This document shows positions 57,801 to 64,000 of a stretch of 64,000 nt of DNA, piece after piece (position 1 is the stretch's first letter; each line of letters begins with the position of its first letter). The stretch comes from the human T2T-CHM13v2.0 reference genome, Homo sapiens, in the NCBI RefSeq assembly GCF_009914755.1, contig NC_060931.1; one strand, written 5' to 3'. Both the position numbers and the translations under genes were made by a program. The notes below the pieces were generated by a model. That model was given only the letters and a program-made list of their open reading frames with translations. It did not search any database and was not told the origin of the DNA.

Positions 57801-60800
57801 AGAATGCTTCTGTCTAGTTTTTATGTGAAGATATTTCCTTTTCTACCATAGGCATAAACGTGCTCCAAATATCCACTGGCAGATTCTAAAAAAAGAGTGT
57901 TTCAAAACTGCTCTATCAAAAGGAAGGTTCAATTCTGTGAGTTGAATGCACACATCAGAAAGTAGTTTCTGAGAATGCTTCTGCCTAATTTTTAATTTTA
58001 AGATATTCCCATTTCCAAAGAAGGCTTCAATTTGCTCCAAATATCCACTTGCAGATTGTACATGAAGAGGGTTTCAAAACTGCTCTATCAAAAGGAAGGT
58101 TCAACTCTGTGAGATGAATGCACACATCACAAAGTGGTTTCAGAGAATGCTTGTTTTTAGTTTTCAGGTGACGATATTCCCGTTTCCAATGTAGCACTCA
58201 AAGAGCTCCAAATATCCTCCTGCAGATTGTGCAAAAAGGGTGTTTCAAAACTGCTCTATCAAAAAGAAGCTTCAACTCTGTGAGTTGAATGCACAAATCA
58301 CAAAGAAGTTTCTGGGAATACTTCTGTCTATTTTTATGTGACGATACTCCCGTTTCCAAAGAAGGCTTCAAAGCACTCCAAATATCCACCTGCAGATTAT
58401 AAAGGAAGAGTTTTTCAAAACTGCTCAATCCAAAGGAAGGTTCAGCTCCGTGAGTTCAATGCCCACATCACAAAGAAGTTTCTGAGAATGCTTCTGTCTA
58501 GTTTCAAGGGGAAGATATTCCCGTTTCCAACGAAGGCTTCAAAGCGCTCCAAATATCCACTTGCAGAGTCTACAAAAAGACTGTTTCAAAACTGCTCTAT
58601 AAAAGTAAGGTTGTACCTTGTTAGTTGAATGCACCCATCAAAATGAAGTTTCTGAGAACACTTCTGTCTACTTTTCATGTGAAGATATTTCCTTATCCAC
58701 AATAGTCCCCAAAGCCCTCAAAATGCCCACTGGAAGATTCCTCAAAAAGACGGTTTCAAAACTGCAGTATCAGAAGGAAATTTCAACTATGTGAGTAGAA
58801 TGCACACATCACAAAGTAGTTTCTGAGAATGCTTCTGTCTAGTTTTTATATGAAGATATTTCCTTTTCTACCTTAAGCCTCAAAGTGCTGCAATTATGCA
58901 CTTTCAGATTCTTCAAAAAGAGGGTTTCAAAACTGCTCTAGCAAAAGGAAGTTTCAACGCTGTGAGTTGAATGCACACATCACAAAGAAGTTTCTGAGAA
59001 TGCTTCTGTCTAATTTTTATGTGAAGATAATCCTGTTTCCCAAGAAGGCTTCAAAGCACCCTAATATCCGCCTCCAGATTCTACAGAAAGAGTGTTTCAA
59101 AACTGCTCTATCAAAAGGAAGGTTCAACTCTGTGAGTTGAATGCAGACATCATAAAGGAGTTTCTGAGAATGCTTCTGTCTTGTTTTAATGTGAAGATAC
59201 TTCCTTTTCAACCGATAGCCTAAAAGAGCTCCAAATGTCCAACTGCAGATTTTTTAAAAAGAATGTTTCAAAACTGCACTATCAAAAGAAAGGTTCAGCT
59301 CTGTGAGTTGAATGCACACATCTCAAAGGAGTTTCTGAGAATGGTTCTGTCTAGTTTTTATGTGAAGGTATTCGCGATTCCAATGAAGTCTTCAAAGCGC
59401 TCCAAATATCTAAATGCGGATTCTACAAAAAGAGTGATTCAAAACTGGTCTAAGAAAAGGAAGGTTCAGCTCTGTGAGTTGAACGCACACATCACAAAAA
59501 GTTTCGGACAATGCTCCCATTTAGTTTTTAGGTGAAGATATTACCTTTTCAACCACAGCCTTCAAAACGCTCCAAATGTCCACTTGCAGATTCTACAAGA
59601 AGATTGTTTCCAGGCGGCTCTATCAAAAGAAATGTTCAACTATGGGAGTAGAATACACACATCACAAAGTCGTTTCTGAGAATGCTTCTGTCTAGTTCTT
59701 ATGTGAAGATATTTCCTTTTCTACCAGAGGCCTGAAAGCGCTCCAAATATCCAATTGCAGATTCTACAAAAAGAGTGTTTCAAACCTTCTCTATCAAAAG
59801 TAAGGGTCTGCTTTGTGAGTTGAATGTACACATCAAAATGAAGTTTCTGATTATACTTCTGTCTACTTCTTATGTGAAGATATTTCCTTATCCGCAATGG
59901 TCCTCAAAGCCCTCGAAATGCCCACTTGAAGATTCTTCGGAAAGACTGTTTCAAAACTGCTCTATCAAAAGAAAGTTTCCACTTTGTGTGTAGAATGCAC
60001 ACATCACAAAGTCGTTTCTGAGAATGCTTCTGTCTAGTTTTTATAGGAAGATATTTCCTTTTCTACCATCAGCCTCAAAGCACTGCACATATGAACTGGC
60101 AGATTCTTCAAAAAGAGTGTTTCAAAACTGCTCTATCAAAACTGTTCTATCAACTCTGTGAGTTGAGTGGACACATCACAAAGACGTTTCTGAGAATGCT
60201 TCTGTCTAGGTTTTAGGTGAAGATGTTCTCGTTTCCAAAGAATGCTTCAAATAGTACTTAAATATCCGCCTGCAGATTCTACAAAAGGAGTGTTTCAAAA
60301 CTGCTCTAACAAAAGAAAGGTTCAACCTGGGAGTTGAATGCACACATCACAAAGAAGTTTCTGAGAGTGCTTCTGTCTAGTTTTAATGCGAAGATATTCC
60401 CTCCTCCACCATAACCTTCAAAGCGCTCCAAATGTCCATTTGCAGATTTTACAAACAGAGTGTTTCCAGACTGCTCTACCAAAAGAAATTTTCAACTATG
60501 GGAGTAGAATGCACACATCACAAATTCGTTTCTGAGAATGCTTCTGTCTAGTTTTTATGTGAAGATATTTCCTTTTCTACCATAGGCATAAACGTGCTCC
60601 AAATATCCACTGGCAGATTCTAAAAAAAGAGTGTTTCAAAACTGCTCTATCAAAAGGAAGGTTCAATTCTGTGAGTTGAATGCACACATCACAAAGTAGT
60701 TTCTGAGAATGCTTCTGCCTAATTTTTAATTTTAAGATATTCCCATTTCCTAAGAAGGCTTCAATTTGCTCCAAATATCCACTTGCAGATTGTACAAAAA

Positions 60801-63800
60801 GAGGGTTTCAAAACTGCTCTATCAAAAGGAAGGTTCAACTCTGTGAGATGAATGCACACATCACAAAGTGGTTTCAGAGAATGCTTGTTTCTAGTTTTCA
60901 GGTGACGATATTCCCGTTTCCAATGTAGCACTCAAAGAGCTCCAAATATCCTCCTGCAGATTGTGCAAAAAGGGTGTTTCAAAACTGCTCTATCAAAAAG
61001 AAGCTTCAACTCTGTGAGTTGAATGCACAAATCACAAAGAAGTTTCTGGGAATACTTCTGTCTATTTTTATGTGACGATACTCCCGTTTCCAAAGAAGGC
61101 TTCAAAGCACTCCAAATATCCACCTGCAGATTATAAAGGAAGAGTTTTTCAAAACTGCTCAATCCAAAGGAAGGTTCAGCTCCGTGAGTTCAATGCCCAC
61201 ATCACAAAGAAGTTTCTGAGAATGCTTCTGTCTAGTTTCAAGGGGAAGATATTCCCGTTTCCAACGAAGGCTTCAAAGCGCTCCAAATATCCACTTGCAG
61301 AGTCTACAAAAAGACTGTTTCAAAACTGCTCTATAAAAGTAAGGTTGTACCTTGTTAGTTGAATGCACCCATCAAAATGAAGTTTCTGAGAACACTTCTG
61401 TCTACTTTTCATGTGAAGATATTTCCTTATCCACAATAGTCCCCAAAGCCCTCAAAATGCCCACTGGAAGATTCCTCAAAAAGACGGTTTCAAAACTGCA
61501 GTATCAGAAGGAAATTTCAACTATGTGAGTAGAATGCACACATCACAAAGTAGTTTCTGAGAATGCTTCTGTCTAGTTTTTATATGAAGATATTTCCTTT
61601 TCTACCTTAAGCCTCAAAGTGCTGCAATTACGCACTTTCAGATTCTTCAAAAAGAGGGTTTCAAAACTGCTCTAGCAAAAGGAAGTTTCAACGCTGTGAG
61701 TTGAATGCACACATCACAAAGAAGTTTCTGAGAATGCTTCTGTCTAATTTTTATGTGAAGATAATCCTGTTTCCCAAGAAGGCTTCAAAGCACCCTAATA
61801 TCCGCCTCCAGATTCTACAGAAAGAGTGTTTCAAAACTGCTCTATCAAAAGGAAGGTTCAACTCTGTGAGTTGAATGCAGACATCATAAAGGAGTTTCTG
61901 AGAATGCTTCTGTCTTGTTTTAATGTGAAGATACTTCCTTTTCAACCGATAGCCTAAAAGAGCTCCAAATGTCCAACTGCAGATTTTTTAAAAAGAATGT
62001 TTCAAAACTGCACTATCAAAAGAAAGGTTCAGCTCTGTGAGTTGAATGCACACATCTCAAAGGAGTTTCTGAGAATGGTTCTGTCTAGTTTTTATGTGAA
62101 GGTATTCGCGATTCCAATGAAGTCTTCAAAGCGCTCCAAATATCTAAATGCGGATTCTACAAAAAGAGTGATTCAAAACTGGTCTAAGAAAAGGAAGGTT
62201 CAGCTCTGTGAGTTGAACGCACACATCACAAAAAGTTTCGGACAATGCTCCCATTTAGTTTTTAGGTGAAGATATTACTTTTTCAACCACAGCCTTCGAA
62301 ATGCTCCAAATGTCCACTTGCAGATTCGACAAGAAGATTGTTTCCAGGCGGCTCTATCAAAAGAAATGTTCAACTATGGGAGTAAAATACACACATCACA
62401 AAGTCGTTTCTGAGAATGCTTCTGTCTAGTTTTTATGTGAAGATATTTCCTTTTCTACCAGAGGCCTGAAAGCGCTCCAAATATCCAATTGCAGATTCTA
62501 CAAAAAGAGTGTTTCAAAACTTCTCTATCAAAAGTAAGGGTCTGCTTTGTGAGTTGAATGTACACATCAAAATGAAGTTTCTGATTATACTTCTGTCTAC
62601 TTCTTATGTGAAGATATTCCCTTATCCGCAGTGGTCCTCAAAGCCCTCGAAATGCCCACTTGAAGATTCTTCGGAAAGACTGTTTCAAAACTGCTCTATC
62701 AAAAGAAAGTTTCCACTTTGTGTGTAGAATGCACACATCACAAAGTCGTTTCTGAGAATGCTTCTGTCTAGTTTTTATAGGAAGATATTTCCTTTTCTAC
62801 CATAAGCCTCAAAGCACTGCACATATGAACTGGCAGATTCTTCAAAAAGAGTGTTTCAAAACTGCTCTATCAAAACTGTTCTATCAACTCTGTGAGTTGA
62901 GTGGACACATCACAAAGACGTTTCTGAGAATGCTTCTGTCTAGGTTTTAGGTGAAGATATTCTCGTTTCCAAAGAATGCTTCAAAGAGTACTTAAATATC
63001 CGCCTGCAGATTCTACAAAAGGAGTGTTTCAAAACTGCTCTAACAAAAGAAAGGTTCAACCTGGGAGTTGAATGCACACATCACAAAGAAGTTTCTGAGA
63101 ATGCTTCTGTCTAGTTTTAATGCGAAGATATTCCCTCTTCCACCATAACCTTCAAAGCGCTCCAAATGTCCATTTGCAGATTTTACAAACAGAGTGTTTC
63201 CAGACTGCTCTACCAAAAGAAATTTTCAACTATGGGAGTAGAATGCACACATCACAAATTCGTTTCTGAGAATGCTTCTGTCTAGTTTTTATGTGAAGAT
63301 ATTTCCTTTTCTACCATAGGCATAAACGTGCTCCAAATATCCACTGGCAGATTCTAAAAAAAGAGTGTTTCAAAACTGCTCTATCAAAAGGAAGGTTCAA
63401 TTCTGTGAGTTGAATGCACACATCACAAAGTAGTTTCTGAGAATGCTTCTGCCTAATTTTTAATTTTAAGATATTCCCATTTCCTAAGAAGGCTTCAATT
63501 TGCTCCAAATATCCACTTGCAGATTGTACAAAAAGAGGGTTTCAAAACTGCTCTATCAAAAGGAAGGTTCAACTCTGTGAGATGAATGCACACATCACAA
63601 AGTGGTTTCAGAGAATGCTTGTTTCTAGTTTTCAGGTGACGATATTCCCGTTTCCAATGTAGCACTCAAAGAGCTCCAAATATCCTCCTGCAGATTGTGC
63701 AAAAAGGGTGTTTCAAAACTGCTCTATCAAAAAGAAGCTTCAACTCTGTGAGTTGAATGCACAAATCACAAAGAAGTTTCTGGGAATACTTCTGTCTATT

Positions 63801-64000
63801 TTTATGTGACGATACTCCCGTTTCCAAAGAAGGCTTCAAAGCACTCCAAATATCCACCTGCAGATTATAAAGGAAGAGTTTTTCAAAACTGCTCAATCCA
63901 AAGGAAGGTTCAGCTCCGTGAGTTCAATGCCCACATCACAAAGAAGTTTCTGAGAATGCTTCTGTCTAGTTTCAAGGGGAAGATATTCCCGTTTCCAACG
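33806..64000 (-). repeat. Alpha-satellite 16-mer HOR array, unit 2,734 bp, 11 full copies plus a partial copy (D7Z2-like, SF5-type)
   Basis: ORFs recur every 2,733-2,734 bp (16 x 171). Unit starts: 33806, 36539, 39273, 42007, 44741, 47475, 50208, 52942, 55675, 58409, 61143, 63877. Box order per unit is B A A B A B A A A A B A A B B B (irregular, SF5-like). The D7Z2 identity is recalled from unit size and low box density, not verified (~0.7). Confidence 0.97.
33916..33932 (-). promoter_or_regulatory. CENP-B box, the single intact box of each HOR unit (also at 36649, 39383, 42117, 44851, 47585, 50318, 53052, 55785, 58519, 61253; truncated at 63987)
   Basis: Exact tcccgtttccaacgaag at offset +110 of every unit. 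Confidence 0.93.

Noticed and set aside
30928-63896. Recurrent ORF cassette every 2,734 bp resembling a repeated operon
   Set aside because: This is a by-product of HOR periodicity. The peptides are satellite translations.

Overview
Primate, very probably human, pericentromeric DNA with no functional genes. About 96% of the window is ~171-bp alpha-satellite in one orientation (minus strand relative to the usual CENP-B-box orientation). Left to right: (1) monomeric A-type alpha-satellite layer I (1-~19,980), containing an apparently perfect 3,206-bp (19-monomer) tandem duplication; (2) a distinct monomeric layer II (~19,980-28,429), containing a ~110-bp L1 3' tail insertion; (3) a 2.49-kb 5'-truncated, 5'-inverted (twin-primed) L1PA2/PA3-like element at 28,430-30,915, sitting at the switch from CENP-B-box-free satellite to mixed A/B (SF5-like) satellite; (4) a ~2.9-kb divergent A/B zone built from relatives of the HOR monomers; (5) ~11 copies of a 2,734-bp 16-mer higher-order repeat (HOR) with one intact CENP-B box per unit, resembling the chromosome 7 D7Z2 array (from recall, not searched). 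The HOR shows a 32-mer super-period and mosaic units. All short ORFs are translations of satellite or dead L1 ORF2. I found no new protein-coding system. The interesting signals are structural and evolutionary.
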